Source: Pseudomonadota bacterium (GTDB taxonomy: Bacteria > Pseudomonadota > Gammaproteobacteria > Burkholderiales > JABEVD01). Taken from it: a DNA stretch of 64,000 nucleotides. Numbering within the stretch: position 1 is the first letter of the stretch; each line of letters begins with the position of its first letter. Positions 9,838 to 21,014 of the stretch are shown in pieces. Below the pieces are notes generated by a model. That model worked only from the letters and a program-made list of their open reading frames with translations. It ran no database searches and was not told the origin of the DNA. The DNA is taken from positions 2,239 through 66,238 of the forward strand of contig JAJZRS010000015.1 in assembly GCA_021802545.1 (NCBI GenBank), written 5' to 3'. The translations under genes were made by a program, and so were the position numbers.

Positions 9838-10889
9838 TCTGCAACGCTTTCGAATTTCACGCGCGGGTCGGCAAGCACGTAGCTGATGTCCGTGATCAGC
9901 TTGGCAGCCAGTCCCGCGAGCGTGTACACATAGAGCGTGCCCATGACGACGGGATAATCCCGCTGCATGATCGCCTGGTAGGAAAGCAGGCCGAGCCCGT
10001 CGAGCGAAAAGATCGTTTCGATCAGAAGACTCCCCGTGAAAAAAGCGCCGATGAACGCAGCGGGAAATCCCGTCAGCAAAGGCAACAATGCATTGCGGAA
10101 AACATGCCGATAAAGCACCTTGCGTTCCGTCAGCCCCTTGGCGTGCGCCGTTGTCACGTATTGCTTGCGGATTTCCTCGATGAAGCTGTTCTTGGTCAGC
10201 ATGGTGATCACGGCAAAACTGCCCACCACTTCGGCCGTGACCGGCAGGGTGATATGCCACAAATAATCGGTAATCTTGCCCCACAACGAAAGATGCGCCC
10301 AGTTATCGGATGTGAGTCCCCGCAAAGGGAACCATTGCAGGAAACTGCCTCCGCCGAACAGCACGAGCAATACGACGCCGAGAACGAAACTGGGTATGGC
10401 GTAGCCCGTCAGGATCACCGTGCTCGTCAACATGTCGAATCGCGTGCCGTTTCGCACCGCCTTGGCTATGCCCAGGGGAATCGATATCAGATAGGTGATG
10501 ACGAGCGTCCAAAGACCGATCGATATGGAAACCGGCAGCTTTTCCTTGATGAGCGCCCAAACCGATTCATGATGGAAGTAGCTGTTGCCGAGATTGAACG
10601 TGGCAAACCCCTTGAGCATGATCAAGAACCGCTCCGGAGCGGGCTTGTCGAACCCGTATAACGCCTTGATTTCTTTCATCCGCTCAGGGCCGATGTCCTG
10701 TGCGCCACGATAGAGGCTTTGCGGCCCGCCTGCAGCCTCGTGCATTGCATGGCCCTTGCCGCGCAATTCGCTGACCATCTGTTCGACCGGCCCGCCCGGA
10801 ACGAACTGGATGACCGTGAAAGTCAAAAGAAGCACGCCCAGCAAGGTGGGAATCATCAGGAGCAGCCTTTTGGCTATGTACCGGATCAT
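9834..10889 (-). CDS. yejB: ABC peptide/microcin-type importer permease (YejB-type)
   Basis: MIRYIAKRLLLMIPTLLGVLLLTFTVIQFVPGGP is a typical DppB/YejB N-terminus. Contains the EAA-like loop YVTTAHAKGLTERKVLYRHVFRNALLP. ATG 10889 overlaps the yejA stop (ATGA). Confidence 0.85.
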   Translation of the reverse strand: MIRYIAKRLLLMIPTLLGVLLLTFTVIQFVPGGPVEQMVSELRGKGHAMHEAAGGPQSLYRGAQDIGPERMKEIKALYGFDKPAPERFLIMLKGFATFNLGNSYFHHESVWALIKEKLPVSISIGLWTLVITYLISIPLGIAKAVRNGTRFDMLTSTVILTGYAIPSFVLGVVLLVLFGGGSFLQWFPLRGLTSDNWAHLSLWGKITDYLWHITLPVTAEVVGSFAVITMLTKNSFIEEIRKQYVTTAHAKGLTERKVLYRHVFRNALLPLLTGFPAAFIGAFFTGSLLIETIFSLDGLGLLSYQAIMQRDYPVVMGTLYVYTLAGLAAKLITDISYVLADPRVKFESVAE

Positions 10890-12733
10890 CGTCTTCCTTC
10901 TCCGGGTTTCATCCACCAAGTCGTCACCGACCATTCCTCTATGCTGTAAAAGCGCGGCAGCACCTTGGGGAAAGCCAGCGTATGGCGGTATGAGACGCGG
11001 TATACGCTGCTGTAAAAATGGGGAACGATGTAATAGCCGAGACGCAGGATGCGATCGAGCACGCGCACCAGAGTCACCAGTTCCGGACGGCTCTTGGCAC
11101 GGACGATGCGTGCGAGCAAATCATCCACGACGGGATCGGCCACGCCCATCGCATTGTCCGAACCGGGCATGTCGCGGCTTTGCGAGCCGAAATAGCTGAA
11201 GAGCTCGCTGCCCGGGGTTTGAGATCCCGACATCAAGGCCCAGATCATGTCGTAATCGAAATTTTCCACCTTGCGCTGATACAATGCGGCATCGTAAATC
11301 CGGTAGGTCATCTTGATCCCCAGCTTTTCCAGATTGCGCGCATAAGGCGCCGAGGCACGCTCTTCCATCCTGCCCATAATCGCCATTTCGAACTGGAAAG
11401 GCTCGCCTTTTGCATTTCTCAAGGCGCCGTCTCGATACACCCATCCCGCTTCGGCCAGCAGCGTTCTCGCCCGCTTGAGGTTTTCCCTGAGGGAATGGGG
11501 CGGTAAAGTGGTTGGCGGCAAGGGAATGGATTCGAATGCTTCATCGGGCACAAGGGAACCGAAGCGCTTCTGCAATTGCCGCAGCACGTCCAGTTCGGCA
11601 GGGCCAGGCTTGCCTTTTGCCGCCATGTCGGTATTCGTGAAATAACTGGGGCTGCGCTTGTAAAGATTGAAGAACAGCATCCTGTCCATCCATTCGAAGT
11701 CCATGGCCAATCCGAGAGCCTCGCGTACCCGCTTGTCCTGGAAAAGCGGACGCCGCGTGTTCATGGCAAACCCTTGCCATCCTGCGCCGTTATGGTTCGG
11801 AAACGTGGTCTTGATCAGTTGCCCGTCATCCCAGCGCTTCCCCTGATGGCTGCGCGCCCAGTTCTTGGAGGAGTTCTCCTGGATCAGGTCGATCTCTCCC
11901 GCCTTGAGCGCTTCCATTCTCGCAAGCGTGTCCCTGTAATACCGGTAAGTGATGCGCTCGAAATTGAACATGCCTTTGCGCTCGGGCAGGCCGCTTCCCC
12001 AATACGCGTGATTGCGGCGGTAAGTGATGCTGTTGCCGAGGTCGTAAGTCGCCACGACATAAGGTCCGGATGCGATCGGCGGATCGAGCACAATCTGATC
12101 GAAAGGTTTGCCGTTCCCCCACTTGTGGGAAAACACCGGCAATTGACAGATGGCAGTCGTGATTTCGCGGTTCTTGTGCCTGAATTCTGCGCGCACCGTC
12201 CTGTCGTCCACCACCACCATCCGCTCCACATCCGCCCAATACTGTCGGTAAACAGGTGCTGCTTTCATGCTCATCAACTGATCGAAAGAATATTTCACGT
12301 CCTGCGCCGTCACCGGATCGCCGTTCGAAAATCTCGCCTTGGGGTTCAGCCTGAAAGTCATTGACATCTCGTCGGGCGCAAGTTCGATATCTTGAGCGAG
12401 CAGTCCGTACATGGTATCCGGCTCATCCCAGGAAGGCACGGCCAAAGTCTCGAACACCAGATATTGCAGCCCGTCCGCAGCCAGCCCCCTGAGCGTGAAG
12501 GGATTGAGTTTCTCGAAATCCCCCATGCTCGACATGAATAGCGTCCCGCCCTGGGGCGCATCAGGATTGACGTAATCGAAATGCTTGAAGTCGGCGGGAT
12601 ACTTGAAGGCGCTGCCATATAGCGCAATGGCATATGCAGCATCGGCCTGCTGAGGAAAAACGGGCAGGAGGATCGCGGCGGCAATGATGCCCATCTGCCG
12701 AAAGAAATGACGGAAACGCAGCCAATTTTGCAT
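10886..12733 (-). CDS. yejA: Extracellular solute-binding protein, family 5 (YejA-type)
   Basis: 615 aa with a signal peptide (IIAAAILLPVFPQQADA). SBP_bac_5-like sequence throughout. First gene of the four-gene importer operon. Confidence 0.8.
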   Translation of the reverse strand: MQNWLRFRHFFRQMGIIAAAILLPVFPQQADAAYAIALYGSAFKYPADFKHFDYVNPDAPQGGTLFMSSMGDFEKLNPFTLRGLAADGLQYLVFETLAVPSWDEPDTMYGLLAQDIELAPDEMSMTFRLNPKARFSNGDPVTAQDVKYSFDQLMSMKAAPVYRQYWADVERMVVVDDRTVRAEFRHKNREITTAICQLPVFSHKWGNGKPFDQIVLDPPIASGPYVVATYDLGNSITYRRNHAYWGSGLPERKGMFNFERITYRYYRDTLARMEALKAGEIDLIQENSSKNWARSHQGKRWDDGQLIKTTFPNHNGAGWQGFAMNTRRPLFQDKRVREALGLAMDFEWMDRMLFFNLYKRSPSYFTNTDMAAKGKPGPAELDVLRQLQKRFGSLVPDEAFESIPLPPTTLPPHSLRENLKRARTLLAEAGWVYRDGALRNAKGEPFQFEMAIMGRMEERASAPYARNLEKLGIKMTYRIYDAALYQRKVENFDYDMIWALMSGSQTPGSELFSYFGSQSRDMPGSDNAMGVADPVVDDLLARIVRAKSRPELVTLVRVLDRILRLGYYIVPHFYSSVYRVSYRHTLAFPKVLPRFYSIEEWSVTTWWMKPGEGRR

Positions 12734-12774
12734 AGGCTACAGTTTAGCCGATTCGATGGCCCCGCCACCACCCA

Positions 12775-12783
12775 TGCTATAAT
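12775..12783 (+). promoter_or_regulatory. Candidate extended -10 element (TGcTATAAT) for fabI
   Basis: TGCTATAAT lies 28 nt upstream of the fabI ATG, in the 77-bp divergent yejA/fabI intergenic region. No convincing -35 was seen. Confidence 0.3.
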
Positions 12784-12810
12784 TCGCGCTCAATCAAACA
12801 GGGGGAAAAA

Positions 12811-13590
12811 ATGGGATTTCTAGAAGGCAAGCGCATTCTCGTCACCGGGCTCCTCAGCAACCGCTCGATCGCCTACGGCATCGCGAAGTCATGCAGGGAA
12901 CAGGGTGCCGAGCTCGCTTTCACCTACCAGAACGAGCGCTTCATGGAGCGCGTCCAGAAGCTGGCTGCGGAATTCGATAGCACGCTTGTCCTGCCATGCG
13001 ATGTCTCCAGCGACGAAGAAATAGCGCAGCTCTTTTCCGGTCTCGCCAAACACTGGGACAAACTCGACGGACTGGTCCATTCCATCGCCTTCGCGCCCAA
13101 GGAAGCCTTGTCAGGCGATTTCCTGGACGGCGTATCCAGGGAAGCCTTCAGGATCGCGCACGACGTCAGCTCGTACAGCTTCGCTGCGCTCGCCAAGGCC
13201 GCTTTGCCCATGTTGAGCGAAAAGGCCGCGCTGTTGACCTTGTCTTACCTGGGCGCCGAAAGATGCGTCCCCAATTACAACATGATGGGACTGGCCAAGG
13301 CGAGCCTGGAAGCGAACGTGCGCTATCTTGCACAGAGCCTGGGACCCAAAGGGATTCGGGTCAATGCCGTCTCGGCCGGCCCGATCAGGACGCTTGCGGC
13401 AAGCGGAATCGAGGGATTCGGGAAGATTCTGGATTTCGTCGAACAGAACGCCCCCATGCGGCGCAACGTCACCATCGAGGATGTCGGCAACGCCTCAGCT
13501 TTCCTCCTGAGCGATCTGGCTGCCGGCATCACTGGCGAGATCACCTACGTCGACGCCGGCTTCAACACCACGATAGGCGGGATGGGCTAA
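12811..13590 (+). CDS. fabI: Enoyl-ACP reductase (NADH) FabI
   Basis: 259 aa. [39 protein letters not shown]... plus the [24 protein letters not shown] catalytic Y/K region. RBS GGGGGAAAAAATG. Confidence 0.95.
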   Translation: MGFLEGKRILVTGLLSNRSIAYGIAKSCREQGAELAFTYQNERFMERVQKLAAEFDSTLVLPCDVSSDEEIAQLFSGLAKHWDKLDGLVHSIAFAPKEALSGDFLDGVSREAFRIAHDVSSYSFAALAKAALPMLSEKAALLTLSYLGAERCVPNYNMMGLAKASLEANVRYLAQSLGPKGIRVNAVSAGPIRTLAASGIEGFGKILDFVEQNAPMRRNVTIEDVGNASAFLLSDLAAGITGEITYVDAGFNTTIGGMG

Positions 13591-15485
13591 TCGGCAGGCT
13601 TGGCTGTAAGCAGTTTGCTGTTCACCGTGATCTTCGCACTGCTCTTGAGGGCGTTGAAGTATTCGGAAAGCGCTTCCTGGGATACAGCCTGCTTCAGCTG
13701 GTCTGCCATGGCGGCAAGCTCAGAGGGGGATGGATCGGGTGCCTCGAGCACCTTTGAAATCCTCACGACCGTATAACCGCCGTTCCCGGGCACGCCGACA
13801 TAGGCCGGCAGCTTGGACACGTCGGCCTTGAAGAGGGCAATCATGACGTCCTGCGCCAATTCTCCCGGATCCCGCCGGCTGACGCTCACTTCAGGCTTCC
13901 ATGACATGCCGACGTCCTTGCCCGCTTGCAGCGCGGCCAGCTTGTCCTTGCCGTCCTTCAACGCCGCGTCCATGGCCTTGCGCTGGAGCAGCTTGTCCCT
14001 GATTTGACCGCTGACGTCGGCAAGCGCCTTGGTGAAGGCAGGCTTCATATCGACAATGCGCGCCGACACGAGCACATTGGGCGAGACCTCGATCGCCTCG
14101 GTATTCCTTTTTTTCTTCATTGCATCGTCCGAGAAAATCGCAGCGAGCAACTTTGCGTTCGTGGGGAATGACGCATTGCCTCCCGACTCGTCCAGCCAGC
14201 CGCTCGTCTGGACGGGCAACTTGAAGGCATCGGCCGCGTCCTTCAGGCTGCCGCTCTGCTCGTAGACCATGTCGCTGAACTTTTCCGCGTTCTCGCTGAA
14301 TTTCTTGCCGGCTTCCTGCTCCCTGATGTCCCTGACGATTTCGTTCTTCACATCTGAAAAGGCCTTCGTCTTTCCAGGCTTGACCGCATTGAGCTTGATG
14401 ATGTGGAAACCGAATTCGGAGCGGATTGGACCGGCTATCTCGCCCGGCTTCATCGAGAAAACAGCCTCGTCGAACGATTTGACCATCATGCCATGCTTGA
14501 AGAAGCCGAGATCGCCGCCGCTTGCCGCGGAACCCGGATCCTGTGAATACTCTTTCGCCATTTCCGCAAATTTCGAAGGCTGCTGCTTCAGCTGGGCCAT
14601 GATCTTGTCCGCTTTCGCCTTGGCCGCCTCCACTTTGTCCTGCGGCGCATCCTTGGCAACGGCAATCAGGATGTGACTCGCATCCCGTTCTTCAGGCACC
14701 GCAAATTCGGCAGCATGAGACTCGAAATACTGTTTCGCATCCGCATCGCCCACCGGGATCTGGGACTGCAGCGTCTCTGGGGAAAATACCAGGTATTCGA
14801 CCTTCACCTGCTGCGGCACCTTGAATTCTTCGACATTGTCCTTGTAGTACTTGGCTATTTCGTCCTGGCCAATTTTTTCCGAGGAAGCATACTGGGCAGG
14901 CGAAAAAGAAGCCTCGCTCACCACGCGCCGCTGGTCGAAAATCTTGGCGAACTGCACTGCGGAGGCATGAGATATGAAACCGTTCTGCGCCACGACGCCG
15001 AGCAGCTGCTGGCGCTCCAGATCCTGCCTGACCTCGGACTCGAATCTGACCGGAGTCAGCCCTTGGCTGCGCAGGAGAGTCTTGTAGCGTTCGTCCGAAA
15101 AAGCGCCGTCCTTCTGGAAGGCCGGAATGGATTGAATCGCGGCTATCAATTGGGCGTCGGTGACAGCAATCCCGACCTTTTCCGCTTCGTCCAGAAGCAG
15201 GTTCTGCTGGATGAGCCGTTCGAGAACTGCAGCCTTGAAGCCGGGGCTGTCGAACATGGCCTGATCCGCATTCTTGCCGAGCACATCCCTCAGCCTTTCC
15301 TGCTGCTGCTTGAGCGCTGCATCGAACGCTTCCGCCCCTATCCTTCTCCCGTTCACGCTGGCGACATTGCTCGCGCCGCCGCTCCGGTAGGACTGAATGC
15401 CCCAAAACATGAACGTCAGAATGACGAGCCCGAGGATGATATGGACAATCTTCTTGTTTCTCTCGACGAAATCGAACATGGACAA
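13587..15485 (-). CDS. ppiD: Periplasmic chaperone / peptidyl-prolyl isomerase PpiD
   Basis: 632 aa. N-terminal anchor ([19 protein letters not shown]). Parvulin region: ASHILIA...[21 protein letters not shown]...GFHIIKL. Conserved position downstream of hupB and the tRNAs. Confidence 0.9.
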   Translation of the reverse strand: MSMFDFVERNKKIVHIILGLVILTFMFWGIQSYRSGGASNVASVNGRRIGAEAFDAALKQQQERLRDVLGKNADQAMFDSPGFKAAVLERLIQQNLLLDEAEKVGIAVTDAQLIAAIQSIPAFQKDGAFSDERYKTLLRSQGLTPVRFESEVRQDLERQQLLGVVAQNGFISHASAVQFAKIFDQRRVVSEASFSPAQYASSEKIGQDEIAKYYKDNVEEFKVPQQVKVEYLVFSPETLQSQIPVGDADAKQYFESHAAEFAVPEERDASHILIAVAKDAPQDKVEAAKAKADKIMAQLKQQPSKFAEMAKEYSQDPGSAASGGDLGFFKHGMMVKSFDEAVFSMKPGEIAGPIRSEFGFHIIKLNAVKPGKTKAFSDVKNEIVRDIREQEAGKKFSENAEKFSDMVYEQSGSLKDAADAFKLPVQTSGWLDESGGNASFPTNAKLLAAIFSDDAMKKKRNTEAIEVSPNVLVSARIVDMKPAFTKALADVSGQIRDKLLQRKAMDAALKDGKDKLAALQAGKDVGMSWKPEVSVSRRDPGELAQDVMIALFKADVSKLPAYVGVPGNGGYTVVRISKVLEAPDPSPSELAAMADQLKQAVSQEALSEYFNALKSSAKITVNSKLLTAKPAD

Positions 15486-15505
15486 CGCTTTCAGGACGGG
15501 ATTCC

Positions 15506-15535
15506 AAATAAAAAGGGCGAACTTGCGTTCGCCCT
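15506..15535 (-). terminator. Rho-independent terminator downstream of tRNA-Asp
   Basis: Hairpin AGGGCGAAC-TTGC-GTTCGCCCT (15514-15535). On the minus strand it is followed by TTTTTATTT. Confidence 0.6.
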
Positions 15536-15539
15536 GATT

Positions 15540-15616
15540 TGGCGGAGTGGACGGGACTCGAACCCGCGACCCCCGGCGTGACAGGCCGGTATTCTAACCG
15601 ACTGAACTACCACTCC
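15540..15616 (-). tRNA. tRNA-Asp (GTC)
   Basis: Reverse complement reads GGAGTGGTAGTTCAGTCGGTTAGAATACCGGCCTGTCACGCCGGGGGTCGCGGGTTCGAGTCCCGTCCACTCCGCCA. Cloverleaf folds. Anticodon loop is CTGTCAC. Confidence 0.95.
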
Positions 15617-15655
15617 ATAACCATTGAAACAGGGTCTAGCTGCAACAGAAGCGCA

Positions 15656-15684
15656 ATTCTACAAGAGAAGCGCGTCCCCCGCAA
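15656..15684 (-). promoter_or_regulatory. Candidate sigma70 promoter for tRNA-Asp (TTGCGG-17-TAGAAT on minus strand)
   Basis: Minus strand reads TTGCGGgggacgcgcttctcttgTAGAAT. The -10 ends about 40 nt upstream of the tRNA 5' end. Confidence 0.35.
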
Positions 15685-15801
15685 GCCGGACTTGTTACAA
15701 AATGTTCACAAAATCGTCCGAACTTTCGCATGCCGCTCGAAGTCCATCTTACGGATATCGAAATATCCGCATTTGCTTTTAAGAGTTGAGAGGAGAACCC
15801 T

Positions 15802-16032
15802 ATGTTTAGAAGCACTGTTGCATTTTTCGGCCTGTACGCCCTGTCCATCGCGGCTTTTGCGCAAACGCCTGCCTGGTTCGTGCTCAAGCATCCTGAAGTG
15901 GCCACCATGGAAAGGATGCAAGCCAAGGAAGAGCTCGCGGCAAAGGAAGCCAAAATGAAGACGCGGCTCGCGTCCCATGACCATGACTCGCATCATGCCA
16001 TGGCGCAGCAAAACGAAGTGCATGGCAGCTGA
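15802..16032 (+). CDS. Small secreted protein with His-rich C-terminus, unknown function
   Basis: 76 aa. Good RBS (GAGAGGAGAACCCTATG). Signal peptide MFRSTVAFFGLYALSIAAFA-QT. Tail is ASHDHDSHHAMAQQNEVHGS. A strong hairpin terminator follows at once. Confidence 0.5.
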   Translation: MFRSTVAFFGLYALSIAAFAQTPAWFVLKHPEVATMERMQAKEELAAKEAKMKTRLASHDHDSHHAMAQQNEVHGS

Positions 16033-16036
16033 AAGC

Positions 16037-16063
16037 AAAAAACCCGCCTTAAGGCGGGTTTTT
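16037..16063. terminator. Bidirectional rho-independent terminator
   Basis: AAAAAACCCGCC-TTAA-GGCGGGTTTTT has an A-run on one side and a T-run on the other. It can terminate the small plus-strand ORF and the minus-strand tRNA-Val transcript. Confidence 0.7.
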
Positions 16064-16071
16064 CATGCTTC

Positions 16072-16147
16072 TGGTGGGTGCTGAGGGGATCGAACCCCCG
16101 ACATTCGCCTTGTAAGGGCGACGCTCTACCAGCTGAGCTAAGCACCC
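16072..16147 (-). tRNA. tRNA-Val (TAC)
   Basis: Reverse complement reads GGGTGCTTAGCTCAGCTGGTAGAGCGTCGCCCTTACAAGGCGAATGTCGGGGGTTCGATCCCCTCAGCACCCACCA. Anticodon loop is CTTACAA. Confidence 0.95.
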
Positions 16148-16172
16148 TTATGCGTGAAATCGCAAAAAGGCT

Positions 16173-16445
16173 TTAGTTTACAGCATCCTTGAGGCCTTTT
16201 CCAGCACGGAATTTCGGCACTTTGGCAGCTGCGATCTTGATTTCAGCTCCGGTGCGCGGATTGCGTCCGGAACGTGCAGGGCGGGAGCCGACGTAGAAAG
16301 TTCCGAAGCCGACCAGGGTCACCATGTCGCCCTTCTTCAAAGCGCCTTTCACTGCATCCACGACTGCATCAAGGGCTCGTCCAGCGGCCGCTTTGGAGAT
16401 ATCTGCGGAGTCAGCAATTGCATCAATAAGCTCAGATTTGTTCAT
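16173..16445 (-). CDS. hupB: DNA-binding protein HU-beta
   Basis: 90 aa. [11 protein letters not shown]...[45 protein letters not shown] is a canonical HU sequence. Confidence 0.95.
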   Translation of the reverse strand: MNKSELIDAIADSADISKAAAGRALDAVVDAVKGALKKGDMVTLVGFGTFYVGSRPARSGRNPRTGAEIKIAAAKVPKFRAGKGLKDAVN

Positions 16446-16595
16446 GTAATCCCCTTTAACATTCTCTACACAATTGACGAAAATCCCGCGTCGCCAAACA
16501 CCACCCTCTAAGGGCTTGGCATTGCATGAAGGATTCTAATATGTTTTCGAAGCCCCCACAACATCAAAGCCCCATTTTCTGCGCCATCCGGCGCT

Positions 16596-19013
16596 TCAAT
16601 GCTTGATCACGGCAGGCTGAGAAAGCTCGTCGATCTTGGCCGGAATCGCCTCGACCCCCCCTTCCTCTGAAACGCCAGGAAGCGCGACAGGCTTACTTTC
16701 AAGTGCAAAATCAATAACCTGATCAATCCACTTGACAGGGTGTATCTCGAGCTTGCTCTTGATGTTGTCCGGTATTTCCGTGAGATCCTTGACGTTTTCC
16801 TCGGGGATCAGCACGTGCTTGATTCCTCCCCTGTGGGCAGCCAGCAGCTTCTCCTTGAGCCCACCGATGGGCAGCACTTCGCCGCGCAACGTGATTTCGC
16901 CCGTCATGGCAACGTCCGCCCGAACGGGAATGCCCGTCAGGATCGAAACAATCGCCGTGCAGATCGCAATGCCTGCGCTCGGACCGTCCTTCGGTGTCGC
17001 TCCTTCCGGAAGGTGGATGTGGATATCGGTCTTCTGGTAGAAGTCATCTGCAATACCCAGCGTTTTCGCCCTGTTTCTCACGACGGACAGCGCGGCCTGG
17101 ATCGATTCCTGCATGACTTCACCCAGGGTACCCGTGGTGATCGTCTTGCCCTTTCCTGGCAGCATGACGCTCTCGATCGTCAACAGATCGCCTCCCACTT
17201 CGGTCCAGGCAAGCCCAGTGACCTGACCGACCTGGTTTTTCTTCTCGGCCATCCCGTAGCTGTAGCGCCTGACGCCCAGGAATTTTTCCAGGTTTCTCGA
17301 CGTGACGGTGATGGTCCTTTCCGTCTTCTTCAGGAGCAGCATTTTCACCACCTTGCGGCAGATCTTGGCGATCTCGCGCTCGAGACTGCGGACGCCCGCC
17401 TCTCTCGTGTAGTAGCGCACGATGTCGCGCACCGCGCTTTCCGAGACGGAAACCTCAGTTTCCTGGAGGCCATGGTATTTCATCTGCTTCTTGATGAGAT
17501 AGCGCATGGAGATATTGATTTTCTCGTCTTCCGTATAACCGGAAAGCCTGATCACCTCCATCCTGTCCAGCAGCGGGGCGGGAATGTTGAGGGTGTTCGC
17601 GGTCGCGACGAACATGACATCGGAAAGATCATATTCGACCTCGACGTAATGGTCGACGAAGGTGCTGTTCTGTTCCGGATCGAGCACTTCCAGGAGCGCT
17701 GAGGAAGGATCTCCCCTGAAGTCCGCCCCCATCTTGTCGACTTCGTCGAGCAGGAAGAGCGGGTTCCTCACCCCGACCTTGCTCATGTTCTGCAGGATCT
17801 TGCCCGGCATCGAGCCGATGTAGGTCCTTCTGTGACCGCGAATCTCGGCCTCGTCGCGCACGCCGCCCAGCGACATGCGAACGAACTTTCTGTTGGTCGC
17901 TCTTGCGATCGACTGCCCGAGAGAGGTCTTGCCCACCCCGGGAGGCCCGACGAGGCAGAGAATCGGGGCCTTCAGCTTGTCGACGCGCTGTTGGACGGCC
18001 AGATACTCCAGGATGCGTTCCTTGACGCGATCGAGGCCGTAGTGATCCTTTTCCAGGATGGCTTCCGCGGCAGCAAGATCGCGGCTGATCTTGTTTTTCT
18101 TCTTCCAGGGGAGCGCAACCAGGGATTCGATGTAATTCCTGACGACCGTCGCCTCGGCGGACATGGGCGACATGAGCCTCAGCTTCTTCATTTCCGACTC
18201 GGCCTTGGCGCGCGCTTCCTTCGGCATGTGCGCATCTTCTATCTTCTTCGAAAGCTCATCGAGATCAGCCCCTTCTTCGCCTTCTCCAAGCTCCTTCTGG
18301 ATCGCCTTCACCTGCTCGTTGAGATAATATTCGCGCTGGCTCTTTTCCATCTGGCGCTTGACCCGGCCCCTGATGCGCTTTTCGACCTGGAGGATGTCGA
18401 GTTCGGCTTCAAGCAGGCCGAGCAAATGCTCGAGTCGCTTCTGAACGTCGAAAATCTCGAGAATCTCCTGCTTCTGCTCGAGCTTGAGCGGCAGATGGGC
18501 AACGATGGTGTCGGCCAGCCGGCCCGATTCGTCGATCGAGGAAAGCGAAGTCAGTATCTCGGCAGGAATCTTCTTGTTGAGCTTGACGTACTGGTCGAAC
18601 TGGGCGAGCAGCGCGCGCCTCATCGCTTCGACTTCGTGGTTTTCCGTTTCCTCGGCGGAAACGAGGCGCACGATGCCTTCGAAATGGTTCTTCCTGTCGA
18701 GCACCTCGAGAATTTCCGCGCGGTGCGAGCCCTCGACCAGAACCTTCACGGTTCCATCCGGCAGCTTCAGCATCTGCAAGATGTTGGCTACATTGCCGAT
18801 TCTGTACATGTCATCGGCGGAAGGCTCATCCTTGGCAGCGGATTTTTGCGCCACGAGCACGATGCTCTTGCCGGATTCCATCGCCGCATCGAGCGCCTGG
18901 ATGGATTTGGCGCGTCCGACGAAAAGCGGAATCACCATGTGCGGAAACACGACCACGTCCCTGAGCGGGAGCAGCGGCATGAGGAGTTGGTTTTCTGCTT
19001 GATCGGACATCAT
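16596..19013 (-). CDS. lon: ATP-dependent protease Lon (LonA)
   Basis: 805 aa. LON N-domain ([23 protein letters not shown]). Walker [10 protein letters not shown]. Protease site [10 protein letters not shown]. Sits in the conserved clpX-lon-hupB order. Confidence 0.95.
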   Translation of the reverse strand: MMSDQAENQLLMPLLPLRDVVVFPHMVIPLFVGRAKSIQALDAAMESGKSIVLVAQKSAAKDEPSADDMYRIGNVANILQMLKLPDGTVKVLVEGSHRAEILEVLDRKNHFEGIVRLVSAEETENHEVEAMRRALLAQFDQYVKLNKKIPAEILTSLSSIDESGRLADTIVAHLPLKLEQKQEILEIFDVQKRLEHLLGLLEAELDILQVEKRIRGRVKRQMEKSQREYYLNEQVKAIQKELGEGEEGADLDELSKKIEDAHMPKEARAKAESEMKKLRLMSPMSAEATVVRNYIESLVALPWKKKNKISRDLAAAEAILEKDHYGLDRVKERILEYLAVQQRVDKLKAPILCLVGPPGVGKTSLGQSIARATNRKFVRMSLGGVRDEAEIRGHRRTYIGSMPGKILQNMSKVGVRNPLFLLDEVDKMGADFRGDPSSALLEVLDPEQNSTFVDHYVEVEYDLSDVMFVATANTLNIPAPLLDRMEVIRLSGYTEDEKINISMRYLIKKQMKYHGLQETEVSVSESAVRDIVRYYTREAGVRSLEREIAKICRKVVKMLLLKKTERTITVTSRNLEKFLGVRRYSYGMAEKKNQVGQVTGLAWTEVGGDLLTIESVMLPGKGKTITTGTLGEVMQESIQAALSVVRNRAKTLGIADDFYQKTDIHIHLPEGATPKDGPSAGIAICTAIVSILTGIPVRADVAMTGEITLRGEVLPIGGLKEKLLAAHRGGIKHVLIPEENVKDLTEIPDNIKSKLEIHPVKWIDQVIDFALESKPVALPGVSEEGGVEAIPAKIDELSQPAVIKH

Positions 19014-19097
19014 GTCTCACCTATGAAAGTTGGATGATGATGGAATGGGGGCGGCGGCGCCTCATTTCAAGTCCCGCCCCCCCATATTTCAGCCCGA

Positions 19098-20366
19098 TCA
19101 GGCCGAATCGGCAAGCTTCGCCTGGTCGGAATATATCAGTATAGGCTTGATTTCACCGTTCGCTCCGACATCGAGCACCACCTTGGCGACATTGCTGAGC
19201 GAAGGCAGGTCGAACATGATGTCGAGCAGCGCATTCTCGAGTATGGAGCGCAATCCGCGCGCGCCCGTCTTCCTGGCCAACGCCTTCTTGGCGACGGCAT
19301 GCAGCGCCTGCTCGCGGATTTCCAGTTCGACGCTCTCCATGGCGAACATCTTCTGGTACTGCTTGGTGAGCGCATTCTTCGGTTCGGTGAGGATCTGGAT
19401 GAGCGCCGATTCGTCGAGCTCTTCCAGGGTCGCCACGACCGGAAGCCTGCCGACGAATTCAGGAATGAGGCCGTATTTGATCAGGTCTTCCGGTTCCACA
19501 TCGCGCAGCACTGCTCCGACATCCTTGCGATTGTCGCGGCTCTTGACCTCGGCGCCGAATCCGATCCCGCCCTTCTCCGAGCGAGCGCGAATCACCTTGT
19601 CCAGGCCGTCGAACGCCCCGCCGCAGATGAACAGGATGTTGGTTGTATCGATCTGGACGAATTCCTGATTCGGATGCTTCCTCCCGCCCTGGGGTGGCAC
19701 GGAAGCGACGGTGCCTTCGATCAGCTTCAGAAGCGCCTGCTGCACCCCTTCCCCGGACACATCGCGCGTGATCGAAGGATTGTCCGATTTCCTGGAAATC
19801 TTGTCGATCTCGTCGATATAGACGATGCCGTGCTGCGCCTTTTCGATCTCGTAGTCGCATTTCTGCAGCAGCTTCTGGATGATGTTTTCGACATCCTCGC
19901 CGACATAACCCGCTTCCGTCAGGGTCGTCGCATCGGCCATGACAAAAGGCACGTTGAGGAGCCTTGCCAGGGTCTGCGCAAGCAGGGTCTTTCCTGACCC
20001 CGTGGGGCCGATCAGCAGGATGTTGCTCTTGGCGAGCTCGATGCCATCGTCCTTCTTCGAGATGTTCTTGAGCCGCTTGTAATGATTGTAGACGGCAACG
20101 GACAGGATTTTCTTCGCCTGGTCCTGGCCGATCACATACTGGTCGAGAATTTCCCTGATCTCGTGGGGCACGGGAAGATCGGACTGAGCGAGCTTCGAAG
20201 ACTGCTCCTGCGCCTCTTCCCGGATGATGTCGTTGCACAATTCGATGCATTCGTCACAGACGAAAACAGATGGCCCCGCAATCAGCTTGCGAACTTCCTG
20301 CTGACTCTTGCCGCAGAAAGAGCAATAAAGCATCTTTTCACCGCCGTTTTTATCTGACATTGCCAT
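19098..20366 (-). CDS. clpX: ATP-dependent Clp protease ATP-binding subunit ClpX
   Basis: 422 aa. Zinc finger CSFCGKSQ...VFVCDECI. Walker [13 protein letters not shown] pore loop region. Confidence 0.95.
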   Translation of the reverse strand: MAMSDKNGGEKMLYCSFCGKSQQEVRKLIAGPSVFVCDECIELCNDIIREEAQEQSSKLAQSDLPVPHEIREILDQYVIGQDQAKKILSVAVYNHYKRLKNISKKDDGIELAKSNILLIGPTGSGKTLLAQTLARLLNVPFVMADATTLTEAGYVGEDVENIIQKLLQKCDYEIEKAQHGIVYIDEIDKISRKSDNPSITRDVSGEGVQQALLKLIEGTVASVPPQGGRKHPNQEFVQIDTTNILFICGGAFDGLDKVIRARSEKGGIGFGAEVKSRDNRKDVGAVLRDVEPEDLIKYGLIPEFVGRLPVVATLEELDESALIQILTEPKNALTKQYQKMFAMESVELEIREQALHAVAKKALARKTGARGLRSILENALLDIMFDLPSLSNVAKVVLDVGANGEIKPILIYSDQAKLADSA

Positions 20367-20389
20367 ACCCCTTCATCATACCCGGCAGA

Positions 20390-21013
20390 TCAGGCCGCTT
20401 CCCTGCTGGACAGGACGCTGTCGATCAAACCGTATTTCACTGCATCTTCTGCACCCATGAAGTAATCCCTATCCGTGTCGCGCTCGATCACTTCCAGCTT
20501 CTGACCGGTATGCTCAGCCAGCATCTGGTTGAGCCTTCCCTTGAGGTAAAGGATTTCCTTCGCATGGATTTCGATATCCGTGGCCTGCCCCTGGAAACCG
20601 CCCATGGGCTGGTGGATCATCACACGCGAATTGGGGAGGCAGTAACGCTTGCCTTTTTCCCCTGCGCTCAGCAAGAAGGCGCCCATGCTGGCTGCCTGAC
20701 CCACGCACAGCGTGCTCACATGGGGCTTGATGAATTTCATCGTATCATAAATCGCAAGTCCGGCGGAAACCGATCCGCCTGGCGAATTGATATAGAAATG
20801 GATGTCCTTGTCCGGATTCTCGGATTCGAGGAACAGCAGCTGCGCGACGATCAGGTTGGCGGTGGCTTCGTTCACGGGGCCGACCAGAAAAACGACGCGC
20901 TCCTTGAGCATGCGGGAATAGATATCATAGGCGCGTTCTCCGCGTCCGCTCGTCTCGATCACCATCGGCACGAGACCAAGCCCCATAGGTTCGAAGCGTT
21001 CAAATTGCGGCAT
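20390..21013 (-). CDS. clpP: ATP-dependent Clp protease proteolytic subunit ClpP
   Basis: 207 aa. Contains [26 protein letters not shown] (catalytic Ser) and IHQP. Confidence 0.95.
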   Translation of the reverse strand: MPQFERFEPMGLGLVPMVIETSGRGERAYDIYSRMLKERVVFLVGPVNEATANLIVAQLLFLESENPDKDIHFYINSPGGSVSAGLAIYDTMKFIKPHVSTLCVGQAASMGAFLLSAGEKGKRYCLPNSRVMIHQPMGGFQGQATDIEIHAKEILYLKGRLNQMLAEHTGQKLEVIERDTDRDYFMGAEDAVKYGLIDSVLSSREAA

Positions 21014-21014
21014 C

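Noticed and set aside
19040-19082. GC-rich inverted repeat GGGGGCGG...CCGCCCCC between clpX and lon.
   Set aside because: The 19-nt loop and the absence of a T-run make it a poor intrinsic terminator. It probably belongs to the lon promoter/leader region. Nothing unusual is supportable.
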